From assembly GCA_023334545.1 (NCBI GenBank), contig JAADVB010000093.1:1-63143 (forward strand): DNA of 63,143 nucleotides, in the 5' to 3' direction. Both the position numbers and the translations under genes were made by a program. Origin of the DNA: Salisapilia sapeloensis CBS 127946 (Eukaryota > Protista > Oomycota). Of the stretch, positions 22,613 through 34,867 are shown in pieces; the stretch's first letter is position 1; each line of letters begins with the position of its first letter. The notes under the pieces were generated by a model that worked only from the letters and a program-made list of their open reading frames with translations, was not told where the DNA came from and did no database searches.

Positions 22613-25600
22613 ATGTCGGGATCCCACCTATCCAAGGAGTTCTTTGAGCTGGTCAAGAGCATCGGCGAGAGCAAGAGCAAGCAGGAGGAAGACAGGATCA
22701 TACAGCATGAAGTCGCGACGCTCAAGCGGAAGCTGCAGGATCCGTCAGGAGGAGGCACGGGGGCCTCGGAGAAGAAGAAGAAGAAGGAGTTTTTGATCCG
22801 ACTGCTCTACGTCGAGATGCTCGGCCACGATGCGTCCTTCGGCTACATTAAGGCCGTCGAGATGACTGCGTCGACCAACCTCGTGCAGAAGCATGTGGGG
22901 TACTTGGCCTGCAGCCTGATGCTGTCTCCGACGCACGAGTTCCGGTTCATGATCATCAACCAGCTCCAGCGAGACCTCCAGTCGTCCAACCACTTGGAGG
23001 TGTGTGCAGCCTTGACGGCCGTGTGCAAGCTCATGACGGTCGAGATGATCCCTGCCGTCCAGCCGATGATCCTCGACCTCCTTCGGCACGACGCCGAGCT
23101 CGTGCGGAAGAAGGCTGTCATGGCGCTCCACAGGTTCCACCAGCTCCAACCGGAAGCCATGAGCGACGTCGACCAGGCGCTGCGGAGAGCTCTGTGCGAC
23201 CGCGACCCGAGCGTCATGGGCGCCTCCCTCTGCCTCCTCCACGACATTTGCGTCCAGACTCCAGGCGCCTACAAGGACCTCGTGCCGTCCTTTGTGAGCA
23301 TCCTCAAGCAGATCACGGAGCATCGGCTCCCGAGAGAGTTCGACTACCACCGCATCCCTGCACCATGGATCCAGATCCGACTGCTCAAGCTCCTGGCTCT
23401 CCTCGGCCAAGCAGACCAGCAGACGAGCGAAGGCATGTACGAGGTGCTGCACGACGTCATGCGCAGAGCGGACACGGGCATCAACGTCGGGTACGCCATC
23501 ATCTACGAGTGCGTTCAGACAGTCACGAGCATCTACCCGAACTCGACCTTGCTCGACGCTGCCGCCGCCAGTATCTCTCGCTTCATCAGCAGCGAGAACC
23601 ACAACCTTAAGTACCTCGGCGTCACGGGCCTCGCTGCCATCGTCAAGGACCACCCGAGGTACGCCGCACAGCACCAAATGGCCGTCATCGACTGTCTCGA
23701 GGACCCGGACGAGACACTCAAGCGCAAGACGCTCGACCTCTTGTACCGGATGACCAACCCTGTGAATGTCGAGTTCATCTCGGACAAACTGACACAGTTC
23801 CTGCGAGAAGCCACAGACGTCTTCCTCCGACGGGACCTCGTGAGTCGCATCACGCAGTGCGCAGAGAGGTACGCGCCGTCGAACGCATGGTACATCCAGA
23901 CCATGACCAACGTCTTTGAGCTCGGAGGAGAGCTCGTCGAGCCAGAGGTGGCGCACAACCTCTTGCGGCTGATTGCAGAGGGCAGCGGAGAGGACGAAGA
24001 GCAGGACATGGAGCTACGGAGGGACGCCGTCGACACATACCTCGATCTCCTGGAGCAGCCCAAGCTCCCAGACCTTCTCGTTCGCACCATGGCCTGGGTC
24101 CTCGGCGAGTACGGCTATCTCTCGGATGTGATGCCGCAGGAAGAGCTGTGCGAACGCATGTGTGAGCTCGTGGACCGGCCCTTCGACGACGAGGATATGA
24201 CGAGAGGCTACGTCCTGTCGGCCGTCACCAAGATCACGGCGCAGATGGGCCACTCGATCGACGCCGCCGACGCCCTCATGCACAAGTACAAGCTCAGTCG
24301 GAGCTCGGACCTCCAGCAGCGCTGCTTCGAGTACCTCGCCATGACGAGGAACCCGCAGGTCATGACAGAGGTGTACCCGGAGGACGCCAGCTGCGAGGAC
24401 ATTGAGATCGACCCGAACATGCCTTTCCTCTCGGCCTTTGTCGAGCAAGCGCTAGCCAACGGCGCGCCGGCCTACGACCCGCCGGAGGACTCGGACGAAG
24501 ACGAGGACTTTGCGTCCAGGTCCAAGGGCGCGCAGGATGGACTCAACTTTGAGGCGTACCAGAAGCCAGAGATGCCGTATGCCATGAAGCCTCCTCCGCA
24601 GCAGCCAGACCCGACGGCCAACCGCTGGGGACAGCACCAGCTCCAGTCGACCCAGTCCCAGCCGCCGCAAGACCAGGCCGCTGGGTTCGGAGCGCCGAGG
24701 AACCCTCGAGGCAACGTCTGGGGACCCTCTGGACTGTCCAACCCGAACGAGAGTGCAGACCAGTACCCCCCTGCGTCCCAGCCTCCTCCGATGGACGTCC
24801 AACCTCCGGTCCAGCCGCAGAACATGTACGCCCAGCCACCTCCTGCCAACACGTACGGATACAGCGGCGGCTACGTCGACGAAGACGTGTCGGAAGACCT
24901 ATCCGAGCATGAAGAGGTCGACCAGCCGGTGGACGAGCGACAGGTCATGGCCTCGGCGCTCTTTGGAGGCATCTCTGGCGGCCCCGCACCTGCGACGACG
25001 GCTGCACCGAGACGTAGTCCTGGTGGAAGACCGCCTCGACGCACTAGTGGGACTGCTCGTCAGCCGGTAAGACGGCAGAGCGGTCGTCAGGAGCTCAGCC
25101 ACAGTCAGTCGTCCAACCCGTCTGCTCCTCCTCAGCAGCCGCAGCCCAATCTGGACATCGACCTCCTCGACATGACCTTCGACTCGGCACCTCCGCAGCA
25201 GCCCCCGACACAAGCGCCGTCTCAGTCCTCCGATCCATTCGGCATGACTTCGAGCAACCCTCCGGTGCAGACAGCCTACTCGCCTGTCAGCTCCGAGCCG
25301 TCAGTCTCGTCATCCCAGCCATCCCAAGCCATGCCCAGTCAGGATCCGTTCAACATGGCAGGACTCGCATCCAGCATCAACGGTACCTCTTCTCTCGCTC
25401 TTGATCTCTACTAGCCTCTAACTCTTTTGATGTGACAGACCCTCCGCAGTCGGGAGACCCGTTCAACATGACTGGCACGTCGTCCGGCATGCCCTCCATG
25501 TCCACCGGCATGCCTGGGGAAATGACGTCATCCATGCATAGTGCCAACCTCGGCATCAGCATGGGCAGTGGCAGCGGAGAGTTCGAGTACCAGGGACGAA

Positions 25601-25982
25601 CGCTCGAGCCATGGCAGATCACCACGCAGGACTTTGGCGGACGCTGGGGCGCTTGTCCGTGCGAGCGCAAGATCAAGGTCACTTTCAGCACCGTCCACAC
25701 GCTCGACGAATTTGCCACTCGAGCCAGACAGTTCAACGTCCACCTCGTGGAAGCCATTCCAGCCAGTACGTAGCTTTATTCTTGTAGCTTACTAGAGATG
25801 CTAACGATCGAGTCATGATAGCCAACGAAGCCATTGCTGCTGGACGCCTGGCCAACTCGGAACACGTCGTCCTGATCCACGTCAAGGTGCGCAACGGAGG
25901 CTTCTTAGACCTGACTGTCCGTACGGCCGACATGGGGCTCACGGAGCAACTGCTGGAATCCTTTTCCCAACGACTGCACTAA
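22613..25982 (+). CDS. AP4E1: AP-4 complex epsilon subunit; join(22613..25382,25439..25765,25822..25982)
   Basis: MSGSHLSKEFFELVKSIGESKSKQEEDRII and YVEMLGHDASFGYIKAV form the epsilon adaptin N-terminus, followed by a hinge and a C-terminal ear. Two introns keep the frame. Confidence 0.95.
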
Positions 25983-25994
25983 CTCTGAAACAAA

Positions 25995-26007
25995 GTCACT
26001 TTACTTC
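25995..26007 (+). promoter_or_regulatory. Possible oomycete Inr-like core promoter element
   Basis: GTCACTTTACTTC resembles the oomycete YCAYTY initiator, about 80 bp upstream of the ATG at 26075. It is a short motif and could be chance. Confidence 0.25.
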
Positions 26008-26074
26008 ATGACGTTCCAACTGCTTTCTACACTTTTGTTTGACATCTGGACAAGATCCTCTACGATTAACAAAG

Positions 26075-27202
26075 ATGAACGACAGTCAAGTGCCGTCGAG
26101 ACCACAGGAGCTCACGAACGGCACGCTCTACAGACTACTCCAGCCAAAGTATCCTCTGCAGGCCATCTCTCGAGTGGAATGGAAACCCATGGGTGCAGGA
26201 GTGCTCTCTGAAGTCGTCATTATCACCGCAGAAGGATCGACAAGAGAGAACGTCCCGTGGCGAGAAGAGTTCGTCGCCAAATTCCGACGACCAGAGTTCC
26301 CGTTTGAAGGCATGTTCAACGTCGAATCCACGCTTTACCTCTTGTTGGACCAGGATAGAGACTTGAACGACCGAATGCCCTTCGCATTGCCCCCAATTGT
26401 CTTCACGTCAGACAGACTCATCATTCTCGAGCGAGTCAAAGACGTCACGTCGACGCCAGCAGTCGAAGGATGCCCTGCTAGCAGCATACCACCAATCATC
26501 AAGAAATTGGCGCAAATGCATGCCCGATTCGCCGGCCTCGACTGCACCTCATTGGCGGCGAACGCTGGCATTGGAAGCGACTTGACTGGAGATACGAAAC
26601 GCGACAAATTCCCATCCACCTACAAGCCATTCCTTGATGACCTCGACCTGGAACAAGCAGATCGCTCTCGGATGAACAGTCTTTGTGAAGCTCTGAGCTC
26701 CAAGCCGGAGATCTTGAAACAGGTCCATGACGCTTTGCTCTCGAGTCCCTCCACGCTTATTCATGGCGATTTCCATATCGCTAATATGCTTTTCCCAAAT
26801 GAGGAAAACGACCGAACATGGCTTCTGGATTGGGCTGCCAGCGGACGTGGCAATCCCATGCGCGATGTCGCATTCTTTTTCATTGTGAGCACCACGACAG
26901 AGGACCGGCGTGCCCAGGAAAAGAACTATCTGAAGTTGTACATGTCAACAGTCAAGGACGAAGATGGATCGCTTGCATGCAGCGAGCAAGAATGGTGGTA
27001 CCAATACCGTCTTGCCGTCCTAAACCAGTTTGCTATTCTCGTCGTCTATGACCAGTTAAGCAAGCAACTGGCAAACAATGCGCCGACCGAAGAACTACGC
27101 ACTGCATTGCACCATCACTTTAAAGTCGTCAGCACCCGAGCGTGCCAATGCTTACTGGACCAGTTTCCGACCGTGGACTCTGTTCTGAGCTGGCTTAACT
27201 AG
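26075..27202 (+). CDS. Ecdysteroid-kinase-like / APH-choline kinase superfamily phosphotransferase
   Basis: Intronless 375-aa ORF with the Brenner motif HGDFHIANMLF, LLDW, G.G.P..DVAFF, and LAQMHARF. Confidence 0.85.
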   Translation: MNDSQVPSRPQELTNGTLYRLLQPKYPLQAISRVEWKPMGAGVLSEVVIITAEGSTRENVPWREEFVAKFRRPEFPFEGMFNVESTLYLLLDQDRDLNDRMPFALPPIVFTSDRLIILERVKDVTSTPAVEGCPASSIPPIIKKLAQMHARFAGLDCTSLAANAGIGSDLTGDTKRDKFPSTYKPFLDDLDLEQADRSRMNSLCEALSSKPEILKQVHDALLSSPSTLIHGDFHIANMLFPNEENDRTWLLDWAASGRGNPMRDVAFFFIVSTTTEDRRAQEKNYLKLYMSTVKDEDGSLACSEQEWWYQYRLAVLNQFAILVVYDQLSKQLANNAPTEELRTALHHHFKVVSTRACQCLLDQFPTVDSVLSWLN

Positions 27203-29379
27203 TGTCCATGAGAGCGGAATGCCTCGGGTGGCAATACATTGCACATGCGCTATCCTTTAAAACCCAATCAAAGACTTTGACCTATCCGACTATTTCGTTA
27301 TTCGCGTGCAGGATGAGTCGTTGAGAGGAAAGAATATGCTGTAACAAGCTATAGGTACATGGAACTTACCCTTCCGCTGCTCTGGAGGATAGACAAAGGA
27401 CTGACACAACATCCATTTGATGAATATCAAGCAAGGTAATGAACATGCCAAATGTAGTGTATCAAGGTACAACCATCGACACGAATGACGCATAGAAGTC
27501 ATAACGTCACAAACCGCATAATAATCAAACGACAGTATATGAATGCTCTCCAAGAGACATTGGCATCAATGTACATGAAATCGCGATAGCAACAGTTACA
27601 ATGCAGCTTGTAAACAGTACGATAAAGCTACATAAAGTTTTTTGCTTAAGCTCGCGTTATTCGTGATTCAGTTTTGTCTGTGAGTAAACACACTTCACCA
27701 AGAGCTGAGTACAAGCTTCTGAAATGAATTGCATCGTGAGCACTTTAAAAGCACTTTTATCTCTAATCGCACAAGGCAGAAATTTGATAAAATACACTAC
27801 GGATTGTTCACAAACCAGTCGGCGACTGACACGGAACGACATTAGATTAGTCGAGACATAATTGTGAACAAGAAATACAATAAGTATGTGCTTCTAGCGT
27901 AAAGCCGATACGTTGTGAAGGTAAAAGTGAGTTGGACTACTCTTAAGCATACTCAGCTTTGCGCAACGATTACGTCCAATATATCGTGTCGTGTGAAGGT
28001 TAAAATTCCAGGTCATCTCGTAGATGTGTCAAGGATACTGTCGAGTCATGATCCTGCGTCTAGGCAACTGATGCATTTATGTATTCCGGAATGGATGAAG
28101 ATTGTTTCAAACCCGAAGCATATTCATGTGGGCTTACGTGCTGGTGTTTCTTTTCAAGAGGATTATATTGCATACATAGGCATTCTTCCGCATAAGCGCA
28201 CGGTGTATTTTCGACGAAGAGTATAAAAGCTGATTTTGTCAAAATGCTTGACTGTCAAACATGACAATATAGATAAAGTTGCGTATGTCAGAGACTTCGA
28301 CTATAAACGAAGGATAGAACATATTAGTTTAAAAGACGGAAAGCATCGACACCGCTAGTAGGTGTAGTTCAGAACAAGTATTTCGGAGCAGATAATCAAA
28401 CGACAATGAGTGCCACGATCGAAACTTTAGCGTTTACAGTTATTGGCCTGGATCGAATGACCAGATGCGAGAGAAAAAGAAAACAAGCGACAAGAAGCCG
28501 AAAGCTTTACCAAGTTGCAGCGTACGTCTACTCCAAGGTAGACCTACAATGCGAAAAACTCCACAAAGACCTTGGCTTCATGCGTCTCTCTTCTCGTTCA
28601 AGATAGGCGCACACTGCATAATGTCTTTTAGCGACTTTCATCTATAGCCGCGCATACTATGCACGCAGGTGACAGCGCACTTACTTACACCAATTTCAAA
28701 AAGACATCTCCTCTGAAGTCGATATATGAAGTCGATCGGTGGACGTTGTGCCGAAAGGTCTTCGGTCAAGAACACACTACCTTTGAGTCCATGGCACCGT
28801 TGTCGTCCTCATCAGCCATTCGATTGAAGCATGGAGGCGCCGTTTTCAATCTTCAGGGCAGGCTTCATGTTCCGATCTATACACTTTCACAGTTCGCTTG
28901 TCCTACGACACTCGTCAATGGTATTGATACGAGACATTTGTTTCACACGAGCTGACATCAAAACACTAAAGTTAGACTTTCACTCGCCAAAAGAGGTAAC
29001 TATGTACACATACATAGTTCCCTCAACAAATGTAAACTTTCACATCAAGCTAGAAAATGGCTTTATAAACTAGACCGTGGGTCAACAACAGCAAAAGTAT
29101 TTGGCATAGAGAAGATATAACCGAGCGGAGCGACAATTTCCGCATAAAAGCTAAGTTAAGACACAGGTTAAACAGCAACCATACTCTTTATGACTCGCTC
29201 TTAGAAGGGACATAAATAGAGGATTTACAGTCTTACACATCAAAATATTTCGGTAAAGTGTCTTTGTTTCCATGATACGCATAAAGTTGTAAAACAAAGT
29301 ACGGCCAATACAACAACGAATCCCTGTTAGATTCTACAACGCAATCGTCGGTTCGAACTGCCTCCGACTCGAGTTAACG

Positions 29380-32200
29380 TTAAATAAATGCGTTCTCCTG
29401 AATGCTTAGTTTTTTAAATAAAACGTATACTTAGCATTAGGTATACAAATATGTCACAAATAAAGCTAAGTGTGATATAACAATAAATTGAGCAAATAGA
29501 AGACAATTCTTTTTCAGCAAAAAGATGGTATTGAATCGTTTATCGCTGTGTTAAAAAACTTAAAAATATGAAACAAATTCAACAATGCATTTCTACCTAT
29601 TATGACTTACTCCAAAAAAAAGTGACAAAAAAAATTTCAAGCTGAGAATAGTTTTAAGTACCTCTTCCCACGAAAAAAATGTAAACAAAGACGAACCACA
29701 TTTTTTCAAATAATTACAAATGCAAATCAATCGTTCAAATTTTAGTTTTTGTAAATAAATATTTATGGATATAAGTCTTATTATACTAACGACTTCGTAG
29801 AATTAAAGTGGTTTGTTTGATAGCGCATTTGCTAACCTTTTTAGTAGTATATACAGGTTATATAGCATCACAACTTAAACTTAAACTTAGGTTAAGTGAT
29901 AGCTTGCTAAGCAAACAAAAAATACCACAACATATCTTTATAAAATAGTTACTAGAATCAAAATAAAACTTAATTTTACACACAATTTACAAATTCAACC
30001 TCTGAAAAAAATAGTGCAAATTTCAAATATAACGTTTGCAGATGGTCAAATATGCCGTTAGTTTAACATAAATATAAACAGAAACAAATAAAAATTATAA
30101 TTAGTGATAGCAAAGACTTATTTATATTAACTAAAGCAATATCAAATAAAATTGTAAACATTTGTTTTCGTAACAATTAAATCAGTAGTACTTATTTGTT
30201 TTGCAAACCACTGTCGTCTGTATTAAAATAAATATGTACAATTTGGAATTTATAAATTGGTTTGTTTTAATAGAACAAAATCGCAGAGAAACGGGTTTTT
30301 TTGTAACAATTATCATAAAAAAACAATAGAGTATTAAACGTTATACAGCCACTGTAATATAAAACGTAAACTTCAATATAAAACATGTATCTCATAAATA
30401 AGATAAAAAATGTTAATTTAACACAGCAAAATTCAAAATTAATAGTTTTAATCCTTAAGCATATAACAACACAAAAATGCAATATACGCTATAAATACAC
30501 AGTTACGACAAACGGCAACATCAAGCAATAAATCACAATAAAATCTATCTAACACATAAAATATTTATTAATAAAACGACTTCATGAAGAGTGTTAAATA
30601 TGAAAGTTTTATCAAAATATTGAAGATAATCTATATATTTTATTATATCTTAAAAAGTGCATAGTTGAAAAATATAGACACAAATTATAAGATAATATAT
30701 AATAAAAATTAATATTCAATTCTTCCTGATTAATATATAATTGTGTTGTAAAATTATTGTTTTCATTTTTTAATATTTTGAAAAATTTAAAAATTGTGTA
30801 CTATGCTGTATGTGTTAAAATGCAGACTTTCATATTTCACAAACAATACAGACAGTTCAATTTCAACCTGTTGTATAAAATACTTTGTATTTCATCTTTG
30901 CATTTTGCACGTTTTATAGATGTATTTTAATTTACTTTTGCGTTTTTAAATATAAACAGTCATTTGTTAAGCAATATTGCTATCTATAAAGTCTTTTACA
31001 TATCATTTTGTTTTAAGGAAACTTAAAATGAGTAATAGCTTAATTGTATGCATTTCAACCATGTTGTATTGTACCATTTTTTTAGCGATGAAATTTCTAC
31101 TTTAACATGCAAATGGTATTAATGTACTGTATTAATATATAATTTAAAAGTCTTTTCAGAATATACTATATTTTGTAGAATTTACTATTTTAAAATAATA
31201 ATAAAAAGGTTACACTACCTGCAATTAAGATCACATGTTATTAGTTTGTATGTGTAGCAGTTTTTACAAAGTCAGCACACATTAAATAAAAATAGTTGTA
31301 TAATGTTGTGTATATGCTGTATCTATAAGATGGTCATACTTTTATTGTTATAAGTATAGAAGTCGATTGTGTTTTAATGACTGCTTATGCAAAATATAGG
31401 TCATGAATTATTTTACAAACTTTAAAGATTTTACTTTTATATTAAAAGACCATAGCCTACTATTCTTCTTATATTTTAATGTTTCTTATTCACAGATTTA
31501 AGAACACAAAACATTATAAAATTTTTAGCAAATGACTTTATAGATTTTAAAACATTTAAACATAAAAAAATATATTGTAGAAAAACTGTTAGCATACATT
31601 ATGCTTAGGAATTTAATGTAGCATATTTAAGGACTATTTTGGCTATGTTAGGTCTACTGTCATCTACATAAACGTAGAGTTTTACGATATACATCTCGTA
31701 TTATTTTTTTTTTGTTGAACACATTACAAAGCTTTGTGGTTGTAAATTACATAAATGGCGACTTCGAAACGTTTTACAAAAATATTTTATTTAAAAAAAA
31801 TAAGTCATTTTGTTCTTGAAAATTTGTTTACATACGCTTAAAATGTACGTGAGATAGTTTGCATTATCTTGATAAGTGCTGCTTTATATATGTTGAATTT
31901 TTTTATGTTATATAATACTTTAAGTTTCCTTGTAGCTACACAATGGTAACTGTGGTTTATTAAACTATTTTGTTAAATTGTAATAAATATTGACAGTACG
32001 ACATGACTAATTTTCAATGCGACATGACACTTTGCACTGTATTGGATATGTGTGTCATCTTACATATGCACACCGTATATCAACAACCTATAGTCAAGTG
32101 CATGTACAATTAAAATAAACACGTATTTATTCGATCTAGAATATTGCAAACTGTTTTTTAAAATTCTTTTACAAATTTGCAAATTGATGGTTTTATGATG
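29380..32200. other. AT-rich non-coding island (about 20-25% GC) within a gene-free block of about 8.6 kb
   Basis: Hand count gives 83 G+C in 420 nt at 30361-30780 (about 20%), versus GC-rich flanking genes. No credible ORF. GC declines gradually on both flanks. Confidence 0.9.
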
Positions 32201-34126
32201 CCATGAAGAATAAGTGTACATTTAAACTTATAGCAATAAGCTGGCAGCTATGTGTAGTATAAAAGTCTCTTTGATGACCACAAATCTGAGCAGCAGTATT
32301 AATGTTTGGCCGACCACGAATAGCAATTTCAAACCGCTTACAGCATATGTGGCCCTTCTTTGCAATACATCCTTCTCTTTGGCTAAGCATGCAAGATAGT
32401 TTTCATAATTTAAAATTAATCTTTGTATCCTTTAGATCTAAAATTAAAACTGCAGAACTACTCGACACATCAGTTACTGCAGTCGGGTATCACAATGAAG
32501 CTAAGGTAGTGTTTGTAGAAAATACAGTTTTGTGAAATGTGGTAGCTGGAAACCTCTATGCTCTCAAGACTGTATCGATACATTCAATTACTTGTTTATG
32601 CATGCATAGGAGTACAAAGTACTTCCGAGGTGTCTAGCTCAGACGAAAGAATTTTCAGCACTACGAAAGATGTCATGTACACATATGTGTAGAATCCTGG
32701 AGTGATCAACAGATGTGCTATACTTGCAGGTTTATATTCAAGAGAAAGTGTATTCAATCTGAGTACGACATTCTTTCATAGCGCTTTTGTCATACTAATT
32801 TGTCTACGTAGAACTTTATACGTTTCGGATATGCCTTTGTTATGAAGATTAAGGTCTTATAGAATCTCCGAATTCCTGAGAAGTTATGAAATACGCGAAT
32901 ATTACGCTCTGTTCAATTTCGCATCGCTTGCTCCGGTAATATACCATCTTAGTAGCAGCACAGGCTCTGAAGATTCTTAATGAACAATTATTGTACTTGC
33001 AGTCCTTGCTATATATATTATATTATTACCTCCAGCATTTACCGCATTATTTGCAGTGCGATATAGTTTGGGAAAACGATATTTACCATGGCTTATTTAT
33101 CTAGGATCCTAAAAAGGAAGTGCTATTGATCGCTGGGAGCTACTGAGGTGAACCAGACTGCAGCCAACGAACAGATGAAGGTTGAGCTTTGTACTTGACT
33201 GAACGAATCCAGGTATACACAATGGGCCGTATTGGTATAATAGCCGAAGTTAATCCGGAGGTAAGACCTGAATTTCAGCGAATTTAGTCCGTTTGCACTC
33301 TTACATATCAGTCTAGCATCTAGTCAACGAAGAAAGCGTTCTTGTTCCAAAGAATAAAGGTATTTTAAGATCGCATATCATCAGTAACGACTTCCTTAAG
33401 CGAAAGCAACCTAGATTTTTGCGTTTGAGATCTACTACAGCGGCCTAAATTTGCACTTGAGTCAGAGCTGGAATTGATCTTTCGTCCATGTATGTACTTG
33501 CTACAGAGCCTGCCGATGTTTGTAATTTTAACGGGTCAGGTTTGGTCTTAGCGATTGATGAACCTCATGCTACAAAATTAAATAGTGTACGTTGTCTATA
33601 TAATGGTAACAGCCAAGACAGTATGAAGACGGCTATAAGTCTCACAGATTTGCCCTCTGGACGATCCTAGAAGCGTTTATGAGTGATAGCGCTGCACCTA
33701 TACAACTTTTCCTAACCCATAACACTAAATACTTTGCGATTATTGCGGGTCTACCTGCGCCTTCACAGTACTATGGAGGTTTCAGCGTTGTCATAGTTCG
33801 ACTACGCGCGTCGACGCCAGAAGCTCAAATACGCTGAACAATGGGTCAATGTACGTTTATCGGTCAAATTACACATATATCGCAACTACATCGTGGCCTA
33901 TATCACCGGCTACGTGCTTGCACGACTAATGCCTCGGATCCATTTCACGTAGTATCTGACTCCCGTCAATTTGTCAGACACTACGCGTGCAGGCGGCCAC
34001 CGCTAAACGGCATAATAACATCTATTGGATGTATTTACAAATGGCTGATTCCCGAAACGTTGCCTCCTGGAGTAGGTTAGTAACAAGCTATGACAAACCT
34101 GCTAGGCGGTTGGCTGTTTCCTGCGA

Positions 34127-34867
34127 CTAGCGCATGTCAATAATGACGTTAGAAGAGGTGAATTCCCAATTATACCAAAACATCATCGAGCGCGAATACA
34201 GTCTGTAAGATCCGAATACGAGCTGATGAAAATCCTGAAGACTGTACTCTTCAAAACTGTCTTGGATAGGGAAGTGAGGTTCATTGGAGTCGAATGTCAT
34301 ACGAGATCTAACTCTGTTTATGACGACCGACTCGGGCAATTCTGCGTTCGCTAGGAGTAGCCGATGCTTCTTTGCCACTTGCGATTGGTAACCCAACATA
34401 ACATTTTAATGTAACTTTCCCGACAAACGAGGAGTACAAAGACAAGCGATCGGTGGTACCAATGGACACGCCGCCTTACAATGTTGATAAATCTCGCCTC
34501 ACGTGTTCCATCCTCTGTCGTAATTCACGTTTCCATTGCCATGCTCGCTATAGCATGAGTTGTGTGGGAATTGCAACATATAAATGTCTTGCTTGGAGCG
34601 AAGCAGGCCTTTGTAGATGTATTCTTCGAAATAATCTACTTTTTTCGTCGGTTTCTAGTAGGCCAGTTCAAGAGGCATGATACCGATCACAACTCGCATG
34701 TACTCGTTTTCATATTGCATCCTTTGCCTCGTATGGTCGCCAACTGCCTTCTCAACGAGCACAACCTTAGTTCTTTCTGGTCCATCTCTGTCTTCATCTT
34801 GGGTGCAATCAGGAGGAAACGCTCTTCGAGAAGACTTCAAGCCACGCCTGGGTCTCGAAATGTGCAC
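34127..34867 (-). pseudogene. Possible decayed coding or transposon-derived remnant
   Basis: Colinear protein-like ORF fragments (34867-34655 and 34399-34127) interrupted by stops. No family recognised. Confidence 0.2.

Noticed and set aside
22745-24852. Long antisense ORFs opposite AP4E (also 15746-16618, 45232-46020, 51674-52636, 59054-59662)
   Set aside because: These are shadow ORFs produced by high GC3 codon bias in the real genes on the other strand.
29380-32200. Fungal-type RIP as the cause of the AT island
   Set aside because: CpA/TpG dinucleotides remain common in the core (ACACA, TGTGT), unlike RIP products.
29380-32200. Mitochondrial insertion (NUMT) or AT-rich organellar/viral genes
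   Set aside because: No recognisable tRNA, rRNA or long ORF, and the borders are gradual rather than sharp. It cannot be fully excluded without BLAST.
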